Below the pieces are notes generated by a model, which worked only from the letters and a program-made list of their open reading frames with translations, did not search any database and was not told where the DNA came from. A program made the position numbers and the translations under genes. From Mobula hypostoma (Eukaryota), in NCBI RefSeq assembly GCF_963921235.1, contig NC_086097.1, positions 91,390,001 through 91,454,000 on the forward strand: 64,000 nucleotides of DNA, written 5' to 3'. This document shows positions 13,365 through 27,193 of this stretch, piece after piece; within the stretch, counting starts at the first letter, position 1, and each line of letters opens with the position of its first letter.

Positions 13365-14828
13365 CAGCATGAGGAATTCTGCAGATGCTGGAAATTTAAG
13401 CAACATACATCAAAGTTGCTGGTGAACGCAGCAGGCCAGGCAGCATCTCTAGGAAGAGGTACAGTCCACATTTCAGGCCGAGACCCTTCGTCAGGACTAA
13501 CTGAAGGAAGAGTTAGTAAGAGATTTGAAAGTGGGACGGAGAGGGGTAGATCCAAAATGATAGGAGAAGACAGGATGGGGAGGGATGGAGCCAAGAGCCG
13601 GACAGGTGATTGGCAAAAGGGATATGAGAGGATCATGGGACAGGAGGCCCAGGGAGAACGAAAGGGGGGGGGAACCCAGAGGATGGGCAAGGGGTATAGT
13701 CAGAGGGACAGAGGGAGAAAAAGGAGAGAGAGAGAAAGAATGTGTGTATATAAATAAATAACGGATGGGGTACGAGGGGGAAGTGGGGCATTAGCGGAAG
13801 TTAGAGAAGTCAATGTTCGTGCCATCAGGTTGGAGGCTACCCAGATGGAATATAAGGTGTTGTTCCTCCAACTTGAGTGTGGCTTCATCTTTACAGTAGA
13901 GGAGGCCGTGGATAGACATATCAGAATGGGAATGGGATGTGGAATTAAAATGTGTGGCCACTGGGAGATCCTGTTTTCTCTGGCGGACAGAGCGTAGGTG
14001 TTCAGCAAAACGATCTCCCTGTCTGCGTCGGGTCTCGCCAATATATAGAAGGCCACATCGGGAGCACCGGATGCAGTATATCACCCCTGCCGACTCACAG
14101 GTGAAGTGTCACCTCACCTGGAAGGACTGTCTGGGGCCCTGAATGGTGGTGCGGGAGGAAGTGTAAGGGCATGTGTAGCACTTGTTCTGCTTACAAAGAT
14201 AAGTGCCAGGAGGGAGATCAGTGGGGAGGGATGGGGGGGACGAATGGACAAGGGAGTCGTGTAGGGAGCGATCCCTGTGGAAAGCAGAGAGAGCGGGGGA
14301 GGGAAAGATGTGCTTAGTGGTGGGATCCCGTTGGAGGTGGCGGAAGTTACGGAGAATAATATGTTGGACCCGGAGGCTGGTGGGGTGGTAGGTGAGGACC
14401 AGGGGATCTCTATTCCTAGTGGTGTGACGGGAGGATGGAGTGAGAGCAGATGTGCGTGAAATGGGGGAGATGCATTTGAGAGCAGAGTTGATGGTGGAGG
14501 AAGAGAAGCCCCTTTCTTTAAAAAAGGAGGACATCTCCCTCGTCCTAGAATGAAAAGCTTCATCCTGAGAGCAAATGTGACGGAGACGGAGGAATTGCGA
14601 GAAGGGGATGGCATTTTTGCAAGAGACAGGGTGAGAAGAGGAATAGTCCAGATAGCTGTGAGAATCAGTAGGCTTATAGTAGACATCAGTAGATAAGCTG
14701 TCTCCAGAGATAGAGACAGAAAGATCTAGAAAGGGGAGGGAGGTGTCAGAAATGGACCAGGTAAACTTGAGGGCAGGGTGAAAGTTAGAGGCAAAGTTAA
14801 AGTCAACCAGGTAAACTTGAGGGCAGGC
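13365..14828 (-). mobile_element. Penelope-like element, same family as 3417-5058, 5'-truncated
   Basis: ORFs 14109-14534 and 13791-14084 (IYCIRCSRCGLLYIGET); pseudo-LTR with a mutated hammerhead at 13463-13498. Confidence 0.95.
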
Positions 14829-14884
14829 TATGTTTCTTCATCTTAATCAATAGTACCTTCACATTAAGTTGAAATTGACAGAAT

Positions 14885-15125
14885 ATTTTTTTAGAGCTAC
14901 AGTACATTAACAGAGCCTTCCAGCCCAAGAAGCCCATGTCACCCAATTACAGCAATTAACCTACTAACCTGTAAGTCTTTGGAATGTTTGAGGAAACTGG
15001 AGCACCTGGAATAACCCTACACAGCCACAGGGCAAACATACAAGCTTCTTACAGACAGCAGTGAAATTGAGTGCAGGTTGCTGCAGTGTAATTGAGTTAA
15101 TGCCAACAACTGCACCATCGTGACA
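14885..15125 (-). mobile_element. V-domain SINE, decayed
   Basis: Reverse complement of the V-domain (ggaaactggagcacctgga...) with a CR1-like tail. Confidence 0.65.
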
Positions 15126-18100
15126 TCCCAATTACTCAAATATGGCACCAAAGTTCAAGTATGTTTTTATTTTTACCTATTGAACGCACAAATGACATGG
15201 GCTGGTGTGTAATTTTCTATTCTACTTCAACAATGAACATTTGAGCTTTACATTTTCAAATGTAGAACAAATTTTCTTTGGGTACATCAGCTAAAATGGC
15301 TTGAACAGAAGATAATGACATCAGAGAAAGGAATATCTGGCATTCCTAAAAAAAATCTCAGTGCATCCTGAATTTTCCTGCAGTCAATGGAATATTTCAT
15401 TGTGGCAACATCTGTAAGACAGTAGAAACAAATAACGTGGTAATCACTAGTTCTGATCATATCTTTGGTCCCTGTCTTTATAAAGGAAGGCATAAACTGC
15501 AAAAGCAAGAAAGTGATATCAAACAATTCATTGGAGTAATGTGTCCAATTTTGGCCTTGGGGAGAAGGATGAATTTGCTTGAACAATCTCAGTGTTAGGT
15601 AGGTAAACAAAAGAAGAGTTGTTTTCCTTAGTGGAGAAAGTTTAAGTCAAGATTTATGGATGTGCTCAAGATAATGAGGGAGTTTGATAGGTTAAATAGG
15701 GAGAAACCTATTCTACTGGCACGAGAATCTTTTACAAGAGGATATAGATTTCAGATAAAGAGAGACAGAGGTGAGATGAACAGGATTTATTTTTACACAG
15801 GGGATTATTCTAATCTGAAACACATACCCTAAAATGTTGGTGGAGGCAAGTACAATGGTAACTTTCAAGGGGTTGAATGGATTGGAGAACCTACAAAGCT
15901 TTCAAAGAGCTCCAGCAGGACGATGAAAAAATAACTTGTTTCTTTTGCTGCAAGATTTGTTTTAGTGTTTCTGGTTCAGAGATATATTATACTTTATACC
16001 TTATACTTTATTGTCGCCAAACAATTGATACTAGAACGTACAATCATCACAGCAATATTTGATTCTGTGCTTCCCGCTCCCTGGATTACAAATCGATAGT
16101 AAATATTAAAATTTTAAATTATAAATCACAAATAGAAAATAGAAAAATGGCAGGTCCGGATATTTGGAGGGTACGGCCCAGATCTGGGTCAGGATCCATT
16201 CAGCAGTCTTATCACAGTTGGAAAGAAGCTGTTCCCAAATCTGGCAATTGAACAGGGCACCAGGAATATCACCCTTACCCTTGTCTGAAATTGTGCACAA
16301 GGTTTCTAGTGTACTACCACACCACCCTACCCCAAAGGACAGATTAAATCTTTATTTGATGTCCCTTCTCAAATCATGTCAGGTTCAATTATGTTCCACC
16401 TCATGTTTGTTCCCTCTGTCATCCCTGCAGCCACACTATTTTGTGGCTTCACAGGATAAATTGAGTTCCAGGTTTCAAAGTTGCATCTGTTTAGCTAGGC
16501 CTCAGGTGGCAGATCTCAAAGATGCACTCCAAACTCGCTGGTGGCCTTTCAACAACTCGTACTGCTTTTGGATATCAGCGATGATCAGGGGCATTTAAAA
16601 ATTGATGGGAAATACATGCAGCCTTTCTGGAATGTATGACTAAACGCCATTCCTGGACTGAGTGCTAGGTGCAGTGACAAACCGCTGGTCTAGGGGTGCC
16701 ACCATTTCTGATCTTCAGCACTTCCAGACCTCCATGCTATAACATGATGGTTAGTAGGTTGCATGATCATTGTAAATTTTCCTGTGATTAGGCTAGTGTT
16801 AAATCAGTGGGCTGCACATTTGGCAGGAAAGCCTATTCTGTGCTGTAACTCTAAGTAAATAAATACAAAAGGCTAGCAGGGAAGACGAGAACTGGCTGGC
16901 TTGTGCAGTGCTGTTTACTCCTGGGTCTCCTTGGTTAAGAATCAGCATGATTTGTTAGGCCTTACTCATTACTTTACCCTGCTGTTCAGTGGATACTTCA
17001 CCCTCAGATCACACCACAGCCAGCAACTTCCGATATAAGCCGTGGCTGATTCCTTTAAAGAGTTGGAGTTATTAACTGATTTTTAACTGGCTTTGAACCT
17101 CAAATAATTTTGCAGTAAAACCTTTCTGGATGACAGAAAACCAATAATTAATTAATTCCATGCACATTAACCAATGAAGCCAGGGAACATAATATATATC
17201 AGATCTGGAGGAACTTAGAGAAAATTATTCATAGGTTTATTTTAGAAAAGCTATTGAATCAAGAGGTTAATTGAATACATTTTAGAAGGTATTTATTATC
17301 TACTAGTTCAAGGAGTTTACTGCTTGTTAGTTTAGTCTCTACCCAAGACGAGGGTGGTTTACAGGTCTATTCAGCATTCAGTGATCCCTGTATCATAGTG
17401 GATTGGCAGCTGGCAAGGTTTGTCTCAGGACTATCAGCAATCTAGGGACATGCTGGTAGGCTAATCGGCGACTGTAAATGACCCCTTAGGGTAGGTAAGT
17501 GTCAAAAGAATATAGAGGAGTTAATGGGTGTGTGAGAGAGAATGAGTTGTAGCAGTACCGGAGATTAAGAGAAGGGTGTGTGACTACGCTGGTGGAAGCT
17601 GCAGTGAGTCCAATGGGGGTGAATGACCTCCCTCTGCTAGTAATGCTTTCAAACCACAGGTGAGAAGCAAAATAAGAACACTAGATGAAAAGTACGCTTG
17701 ACCTCTAAGCAACAAATGATGTAACCAGGCACAATAAAATGTGGGAAAATGTGACTGTATTAAGAGAGCACGGGTACCCAAGTGTTCTTGTACACAAGTC
17801 ACTGAAAACAACAATTGCATATGTAACAAACAATTAAGATGAAAAAATGATGTATCAGTCATTATTACTTAGATACAGGTGTCAGGAAGTCATACTGCAA
17901 TTGAATAGGACCTTGGTGAGATCGCATTCGGAGTGTTTTGGTTTCTTTACCTAAGAAAGGCCATCGAGGGAGTGAAACAGATATTCACTGGATTGGATGC
18001 AGAGTCAGCGGGTTTGCCATATGGGCAGAAATTGAATAGACCAGGTCTGTAGTATCTGGAGTAGGTCTCAAAATGAGGGAAAGCCAAGAAGGATTAAGAC

Positions 18101-18234
18101 GAGGAGAAATTTCTTCATTCAAAGGGTGGGGTGAATCTTTGAAATTCTTCCCACTGGAGGGCTGAGGAGGTTCAGTCAGGAGTTGATTCCATACAGCAAT
18201 TGATAGATTGGAGGGATCATCCAGTGTGCCACAC

Positions 18235-18631
18235 ATACATGGCAGGGAAGCTATTGAGAGGATTCTGAGGGATAGGATTTATGTGCATTTGGGAAGTCAT
18301 GACATGCTTAGAGACAGTCAGTATGGCTTTTGTAGGGCAGGTTACATCTTATAAAACTGATCAAGTTTTTCTGAGGAGGTAACAGAAGCTTGATGGGGGT
18401 AAGGAAGAGGACATTATCTTCATGGACTTTAATAGGCATTAGTTAAGGTCCCTTTTGATAGGTTGTTTCAGAAGATAAAAATACATGGAATCCAGGGTGA
18501 TTTACAAGTTTAGTTACAGAGCTGGCTTGCCCATAGAAGACAAAGAGTAGAGGTGGAAGGCTGTTATCTTGGCTGGAGGTCTGTGAACAGTAGTGCTTCA
18601 CAAGGAGTGGTTCTGGAACCTCTGTTGTGAG

Positions 18632-18669
<38 letters not shown>

Positions 18670-19550
18670 ATGATTTGGATGAAAATATAAATTTGCAAGT
18701 TTGCGGAAAGACACCAAAGAGTGGTAGAGTTGTTGACAGTGTAAAGGTCAAGTAAAAAAATACGGCGGGATATAGATCAGTTACAGATATGGACAGGGAA
18801 ATGGCAGGTGGAGTTTAATCTGGACAAATGTGAGGTGTGGAGATTGAATGAAAGAAGAATGTTAACAGTTAATGGTAGACACCCTATTGCAATAAGATAC
18901 AGAGGGATCTTAGGGTCCAGGTCCGTAGTTCACTGAAAGTGCCTAAGCAGGTGGCTAGAGAAGAAATATGGCATGCTTTCCCACAGTGGCAGTGCTGTTG
19001 AGTGTACGAGTAAGGATGCCATCCTCCAGCTATATAGAACTTCAGTCAGATTGAGTTTGGAGTATTGTGTGCAGTTCTGGTCGCCCCATTATAGAAAGGG
19101 GGTGGAGATTGCCAAGAGGGTGGAGAAAAAGATTTACCAGGGTGGTCCTGTATTCAGGAGCATTGAACAAAGTTGGGTTGTTCTCCATGAGCACCAGAGG
19201 CTGAGAGGAGATCTATGATGGGGTAGTCAATCAGAATCTTTTCCCCAGGGGTAGAAATGTCAAACACCAGAGTGCACTTTTTAAAGGTTTGAGGGGGAGA
19301 AGTTTAATGACAATGTGAGGGGCATGTGGAGTGGACGGTGCCCGGAATAGGTTACCAGGGGCAATAATGCAACTGGACAGTCTGGTGAAGTTCAGGAGGC
19401 TTTTAAATAACAAATGAATATGAAGGGAAAGGAGACTTATGGATGATACTCAGAAGAAAAACATTTAGTATAAATTGGCATCAAGATTATCAAAATATTG
19501 TGGGCCAAATGGTCTTTTCATTCTGTTGCCTTTTCTATGTTCTAAGTTCT
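18235..19550 (+). mobile_element. CR1 (HER1-like) LINE RT/3' fragment, decayed, with internal (AT)n at 18634-18667
   Basis: catggacttt (MDF motif); LEYCVQFWSPHYRK; ttctatgttct tail. Confidence 0.85.
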
Positions 19551-19868
19551 ATGCATGGAAGATCAGTCATAGTTTTGATGCATGACAGAACAGGCTTGAA
19601 GGCTCCTATTTCTTACATTTTATGCATTCAGTGGGAAGACTTTTATCATGCTCACGGCTATATTTTTCATTTTATGTCCTCCCCTCAGTATCTCTTCAGG
19701 AAATCCAACTTATCATCTTAAAGAGCTGTGCACAGAGGGAAGACCTACAGTACATGGGTAACAGCCCATTCCTTAGCCTGAAGATGTTCTGAGAGATCTC
19801 CCTAATGCAGAAGTACAATTACTGTTGCTTTGTAGGAAGTACAGAAGAAACTGCAGATGCTGGAATCT

Positions 19869-20128
19869 GGGTGGCACAGTAGCATAGTGGTTAGCACCAT
19901 GGTTTACAGTACCAGCGATCCAGGCTCAATTCCTGCCACTGCCTGTAAGGAGTTTGTACATTCTCCCCGTGACCACATGAGTTTCCTCTGGGTCCATGTT
20001 CCAAACAAGTACTGGTTGGTAGTTTAATTAGTCATTGTAAATTATCTAGAATTAAATTAGTGGATTGCTGGTCAGCACAGCTTGAAGGACAAGAAGGCCT
20101 ACTCCGCGCTGTATGTCAATAAATAAAT
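19869..20128 (+). mobile_element. V-domain tRNA-derived SINE inserted in a PLE pseudo-LTR fragment
   Basis: Head ggtggcacagtagcatagtggttagc with B-box-like ggctcaattcc; V-domain; (AAAT) tail; PLE end sequence at 19840-19868 resumes at about 20130-20215. Confidence 0.75.
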
Positions 20129-21011
20129 GAGTGTCAAAGGAACTCAGCAGATTAGACAGCATCTATGGAGGGAAATGAACAGTTGACATTTTGAGTTGAG
20201 GCCCTTTATCTTGACTGAAGTCCAGATAATTTGCACACAAGTTCTCAATTTGGTAATAACCAAATAATCAGTTTTTAGTGAAGCTATTGAAGCATCAATT
20301 TAGGCTCCAGATCCTGGTGAGTTTTTAGCTCATCTAAGCCATAGCCTTGGTTTAAGGTTACATCCTGATAGACAGCACCTTTGTCTTTGCAGCCACCACA
20401 ATAGTCCTCCACTGAATGGTTTACTCACATCCAAAGTGATATTTGAACCCACAATTCAGGCAAGGGTTAAATAGGACATCTTTAGTCATGTCTTTTTCAA
20501 ACTCTACTCTACCATTGTCACTGCAGTATTTCATTGTCACTATCATTGTCCTCACCCTGAGTTAGTCAAAACCCTCATGAGAAGAAGGGGAACAAACAGG
20601 AACAAGGTCAAGAAAACCATTAGTCAGTGAGATCTAGAAGAACAAGTATGTTGACAATAGCAGGAGGATGTAAAAGCAAGAGGATTGCAAGTACTAGGTG
20701 GTTTTTAACTTTCTCGATATTGATTGGATATGTCTTAGCATAAGGCCTAAGATGGCATAGAATTGGTTAAGTGCATTCATTTTATGTTTTCCCCTTGCTC
20801 TGATCATAACTGCGAGAATTGTGGACACCTCTCAATACTTTAGGGAAACAAGTTACCCCTTGATGGACTCTGTCTATACTTTTTGCTGCCTCAGTTAATC
20901 AATCAGCATGATCAAAGGTTCTGCCCTTCCTGAACATTTTCCCTTCTCCCTGCTCCCAATAGACAGAAGATACAAAAACCTAAAAGCACATACCACTACG
21001 GCCAAGAGCAG

Positions 21012-24000
21012 TTTATTTTCTTTTCTTTTTCAATCTTTTTATTAGTTTCATAATGATAAACATAACATAGTATTGATAGAAAGTTATTGGGATTACATTG
21101 TTGTAGATAAGATATTTTAAATATAAACCCAGTTAACACACGGGTATTAAACCTCCCAATTGTACAGGATACAAATATAATATACAAACAAATAAAAAAA
21201 ATATATAACATGAAAAGGAAAAAAACATATACCCCAAAAGAAAAACTAACCAGAACAATACTAACCAACTAAACTAAGGAAGGAAAAACATGGGCTGTTA
21301 TGTAACATCAAAAAAAAGGAACCATTAGTGTTGTCGACTCCACTCCTTTTGACATATATTAAAAAAAAATAGAATAGGTTTGGAAAAGGTCAAATTACAT
21401 CATATGAAAGTATTGAATAAATGGCCTCCAAGTCTTTTCAAATTTAATAGAGGGATCATAAATAACACTTCTAATATTTTCTAAGTTTAACCACAACATA
21501 GTTTGAGAAAACCAATGAAATGTGGTGGGAGGATTGATCTCTTTCCAATTCAGCAAAATGAATCTTCTGGCCATTAATGTAAGAAATGCAATCATCTGAC
21601 CATCTGAAGAGGTTAAATGATTTGGTTCTACCATTGGTAACCCAAAAATTGTGGTAATAGGGTGAGGTTGTAAATCAATATTCAGAACAGTTCAAATAAT
21701 ATCAAAGTTACCTTTCCAGTACCTTTTCAAAAAAGGACATGACTAAAACATATGAGTTAAAGAAGCTATCTCAGAGTGACATCTATCACATGCAGGATTC
21801 ATATGAGAGTAATAACAAGCTAATTTATCCTTAGACATATGAGCCCTATTCACTACTTTAAACTGTACCAGTGCATGTTTAGCACATATAGAGGACGAGT
21901 TAACTAATTGAAGAATTTTTTCCCGTTTTTCAATCGGTAAAGTAAACTTAAGTTACCTTTCCCAATCAGTCTTAACTTTATTAAATACGTCTGGACACAT
22001 TTTCATAATTATATTATAAATAGTTGCTATTACACCTTTCTGAAAAGGATTTAAATCTAAAATCTTTTCCAAAATATCCATTGAATATAAATTCGGGAAG
22101 GTAGGAAGAACAGTATTTAAAAAGTTTCTAATCTGTAAATATCTAAGGAAATGGAATCTAGGCAAATTATATTTATTAGATAATTGTTCAAAGGACATGA
22201 AACAATTATCCAAAAATAGATCACAAAATCATACTATACCTTTAGTTTTCCAAGCCAAATAGGCTTGATCCATAATAGAGGGTTGAAAGAAGAAATTAGA
22301 TATAATAGGACATGCTAGAATAAATTGATTCAACCCAAAAGATTTTCGAAATTGAAACCATATTCATAAAGTATATTTTACTATTGGGTTATCCATTTGC
22401 TTATACAATTTAGAAAGAGTAAAGGGAAGCGAAGTCCCTAAAATAGAACCCAATGAAAACCCTTGTAAAGAATTACATTCAAGATTTACCCAATGTGGAC
22501 TTGAAGTTATGTCCAAGTCCCATAACCAAAATTATAAATATCAAATATTAATTGCCCAATAGTAAAATCTAAAATTCGGCAATGCCAAACCCCCTCCTTT
22601 TTAGATTATTGTAGGTATCTTTTACCTAACCTAGGATTTTTATTCTGCCACATATATGATGAAATTTTGGAGTCAACATTATAAAAAAGGATTTCGGAAT
22701 AAAAATTGGCACTGATTGAAATAAATATAAAAATTTAGGTAAAATAATCATCTTGATAGCATTGATCCGACCTATCAATGACAGAGACATTGGTGACCAA
22801 TTAGTAAACAGAAGTGTAGTCTGATCAATTAAAGGTAAAAAAATTAGCCTTAAATAAATCCTTATGTTTTTTTGTAATTTTAACCCCTAAATATGTAAAA
22901 AAGCCAGTAACCAATTTAAATGGTAGATATCCGACCTGCATATTTAGGGGAAATAGTTCACTCTTATTACGGTTCAGTTTATCACCAGAAAAATTACTAA
23001 ACTGAGCCAACAAGGATAAAATAGCGGGAATGGATTTCTCAGGATTAGAAATGTATAATAACAGATCATTTGCATATAATGATAACTTATGTATTTCATT
23101 CCCACAGGTAATACCAAAAATGTTAGGTGAGTCTCGGATAGCAATTGCAGAAGGTTCGAGGGCAATATCAAATAATAATGGACTAAAAGGACATCCCTGC
23201 CTAGTTTTCACTTTTACTGTTAGTGCGCATGCGCCGGTCGTGCATGCAGCCTGGTACAGCCGTTCCGATCTATTCTTACTTTCTTCTTCTTACTTTTTAA
23301 TTTACGTCATTTTTTGTTTTTATTTTCTCACGGTAACACATCAAAGCTGCACCTTCTCTAACATGCTGGTAGAGAGAATTTTATTTGGGTTTTCTCTAGC
23401 GCTGGAAATGGTAACATCCCGACATGCGGGACAGAAGCAAGGATGTAATGCGTATTCCACGGACCAGCAAATACCGGCTGGTTTAGCGAGCAGAGCAGTG
23501 GACACCCCTGCTGAAATCCAGAGGAAAACACACAGAGGATGCAGAGGGGGAACACAAAGCCGAGGAAAAAGGACAGGGTTGAGACAACAAAGACTTTTGG
23601 AGAAGAGGAGTTCGGCGGGTAATACCGTTCCGGCTGACTGGAAGTGCACTGAGAGCGGTAAGCGTAAAGGAGCTGGGTGCTTACTGATCTGATTAACAAC
23701 GGATGGTGCAATCCGGGGCATATTGCGATCGAGGAACGTGTTTGCAGACTGGATATTGAACTTTTTACTGCTGGACTTCAGCCACATTCCACCGTGATAC
23801 AACACTTGGCGGCACTGGAGGTCGTTCCTTCCTGTGGCCATCGAACGTGCAGCTCCTCCCCTGGAGGGTCAGACACCCTGAGCCAATAGATTGGTCCTGG
23901 ACTTATTTTCCATCTGACATAGTTTGCATTTTGTTGTTTGATTGTTGGGGGTTTTTGTATTGCTCTATTTACGCTCTATTCTTGGTTGGTGCAGCTGTAA

Positions 24001-25739
24001 CGAAACCAAATTTCCCTCGGGATTAATAAAGTATATATATCTATCTACCTATCTATTTACTCTGAGATAAGCGAAAAAGGGAGATCTTTGATTGTAGTAA
24101 AAAACGAAGCTGCAGGGGTATGATATATTACTTTAACCCAAGATATAAATATCGGACTAATATTAAATTTCTCAAGCACAATAAATAAATATGGCCGTTC
24201 AACTCTGTCAAAAGCTTTCTCGGCATCTAAAAAATTATTGGGTTACTTTTTAATAATGAAGTTACTATGGTCAATGTTTATTCTCCAAACGTGGATCATC
24301 CCAAATTTTTTAAGCATCTATTCACTTTTTTCCTAATTTAAATGAGTATATGTTGATAATGGGTGGTGATTTTAATTGTTGTTTAAATCCCCTGATGGAT
24401 AGATCCATATCTAGTCAGGCTTTACCGAATAAGTCAGCTACTCTTATCAACTCTTTTATGATTGACTCTGGAATTTCAGAAATTTGGAGATTTTTACACC
24501 CTAAAGATGAAGAGTTTTTATTCTTCTTACATGTTTATCATTCTTATTCCCGAATTGACTACTTTTTTATTGACTCTCATTTAATTCCATCTGTAATTGA
24601 CTGTAATTATGACATTATCGCCATTTCTGATCATGCTCCAATGAAACTTTTATCAAGTTAATGAATACTTCTCCTAGTATTAGACAATGGCGGTTTAATT
24701 CTAATCTGCTTCAAGACCCAGATTTTGTTAAGTTTATGAGGAACAGATTGATCTTTTCTTTTCAACTAATATTACAGAAGAAATCTCCAATGGGACAGTA
24801 TGGGACACTTTTAGAGCATATATCCATGGACAGATTATTTCTTATTCTGTTGGTTTGAAAAAACATATTAAGAATGAAACACTTTTGTTGGTTAATAAAA
24901 TTAAAGAAATTGATAAGAAATATTCTATTGCTCCTAGTAAGGAGCTATATAAACAGAGAGTCGAACTTCAAATGGAACATAGCTTATTATTAACATTCTC
25001 GATTGAAAATCAATTAATGAAAACTAGAAGTGACTTTTATATACATAGTGACAAATCGGGTAAATTATTAGCTAATCAATTGAAAACTGCTTCGGTTAAA
25101 CGTCAAATTATCAAGATTTGCAAACATGATGACACCTTGACAGGTAATCATGAAGAGATAAACAGATCTTTTCAAGAATTTTATACCTCCTTATACCATT
25201 CTGAATTTCCTCATGATCCCAACACCATGCATGACTTTATAAGGAAATTGAATATTCCAAAATTATCACCCGAAGAATGTTTAATATTAGAAACTTCCTA
25301 TTATGGATGAAGAAATAACAGCTGTTATTTCCTCAGTGAATTCTGGCAAAGCACTTGGTCCAGATGGTTTTACAGTGGAATTCTTTAAGTTTCTTTTCTT
25401 CTATTCTTTCTCCTTGGTTGTCTAGAGTTTTTAAAGAAGCAATCAGATTAGATAAATTACCACAATAATTTTATGGAGCTTCTATTTCTTTAATTCTTAA
25501 AAAGAATAAAGATCCTACTGATTGTGCATCATACAGACCGATATCTCTCCTGAATGTAGATTCTAAGATTTTTTTCTAAAGTATTAGCAATTAGGTTAGA
25601 GAAGGTATTACCTCAAATTATCTCTGTGGACCAAACTGGATTTATTAAAAATCGTCATTCATCTTTTAATATTAGGAGGTTAATGAATATTGTTTATACT
25701 CCTTCACTTAGTACTCCAGAAAGTGTTATTTCTTTAGAT
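21012..25739 (-). mobile_element. L1-clade LINE with 5' inversion (twin-priming structure)
   Basis: Minus strand 24231->21012: LDAEKAFDRVE, TRQGCPFSPLLF, LYAND, C-terminus and A-rich tail. Plus strand 24232-25739: NVYSPN, GGDFN, YSRIDYF, SDH endonuclease motifs through RT to SLDA. TSD GCCAAGAGCAG at 21001-21011 and 25740-25750. Confidence 0.9.
23206..24058 (+). mobile_element. Internally deleted Rex1/Babar element nested in the L1
   Basis: 3' end ggagggtcagacaccctgagccaata matches the element at 2430-3095; AATAAA plus (TATC)n-like tail; the L1 frame LSQS|TRQG rejoins across it. Confidence 0.8.
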
Positions 25740-27180
25740 GCCAAGAGCAGCATCCATCCTGCTTTTAGAAGACTATTGAATAGTTATCTAGTATGATAAA
25801 ATGGAGTGACATCACAATCTACAGTACCTTGTTATGATTTTACACCTTAATTTTCTGTCAGAAACCTCAAAGCAGGTGGTCATGGTTGAACTGACAATAC
25901 TTTGGAAACACAAGCAAGAGAAAATCTGCAGATGCTGGAAATCCAAAGCAACACACACAAAATGCAGGTGTCATAGTCTGGTCCGTGAAGTCTGCATTCC
26001 GGTTCACAGTGCGGTCCATTGTTCCTTGTTCTGGGTTTTCCTGTTTTCTCCCTTGTTCTATTGGTTGCCTTAATTGAGGCACCTGATTCTCATTTTGGAC
26101 TGGCACATAAATACCTCTGCAAACCAGAGATGGCTGAGGACTGTTCCCTTTCCCTTCCTTCTGAAGCCTTGCCTGCATTCCCGTCAAGTTGAACCACTGG
26201 AGTGAGACTGGAGCTTTGCCATGCCAAGATAAGGAACTACCTACTGTTGAGTTTGTATCCCTGTGTTTAATGTCTGTGTCAAAGAAGAGTCCTGGCCCTA
26301 GGTCCTGTTCCCAAGGAGGGGTCCTGGCTCTGTGTTCCATGTTCCTGTGTTCAAGTCCGAGGCTCTGTGTTCCTGTGCTCCAAGACCAAGTCCAGGGGCT
26401 GTGTTCCAGCCCTGTCCAAGTCTGAGCTTTGTGTCCTCATCCATTTCTGGTGCCTCGCCCAGCCCAGTGCTGGAGATTCATCGTCCTGTGCTGGAGATTC
26501 CTCATCCTGTGCTGGATCGTCCCCATCTGAATCCTCAGCAGTTTACCTCAGCAAGTATCCTCCGCAGTCATCCCGGCCCTGCGTCCTAGAAAGGGGCCCG
26601 GCCCTGCGTTCCAAGGAGGAGACCCAGCCTTGTACTCAAAAGCCCAGCTAAGCTGAGTCCAAGAGCTGAGCCAAAACTAGTCCAAGAGCCTCGTCCTGCC
26701 CTGGAGTTCCCTCCTCCTGCCATGGAGTTCCCTCATCCTGTCCAGGAGTCTGTTGTCTAGTCCAAGACACATCCAAGAACCTTGTCCAGTCCAAGCCATG
26801 CCCAAGATCCTCGTCCAGTCCAAGTCACGGTTTTGTGTTCTCGTCCTGTCCATGTGCCTCATCCTGTGCAGGAGTTTCACATCCAGTCCTGTAGCCACGT
26901 CTTGTCCTCGCCTAGATCCAGGGTCCAAGCCTGGCCCTGTCCAGTCTCTGGCTCAGAGTCCAGCCCAGGCTCCTAGTTCCAAGTTCCTTGTCCTGGTCCC
27001 GCTTTCCTAGTCTTAGTCCTGGTCCAGGTCCAGTGTCCTTGTCTTGTCCAGGGCCTGTGTCCATGTGCAACGTCGTTTCTTCCTGACTCCCCTTGTTTTC
27101 TTGATAAACCTTGTCCTGTTCCTAGTACTTCAGTGTCTGTGTCTTGTATTTGGGTCCGCTCCCAACACCCTCTTGTAACA

Positions 27181-27193
27181 GAACAGTCCAGCC
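27181..27193 (+). promoter_or_regulatory. Putative self-priming primer-binding site
   Basis: GAACAGTCC directly after LTR1 is the reverse complement of GGACTGTTC (26138-26146), about 30 nt downstream of TATA-like CATAAATA (26106-26113). Confidence 0.7.

Noticed and set aside
23213..24061. TTTACT as the TSD of the nested Rex1 element
   Set aside because: The L1 frame rejoins at 23205/24059, placing the left TTTACT inside the insert
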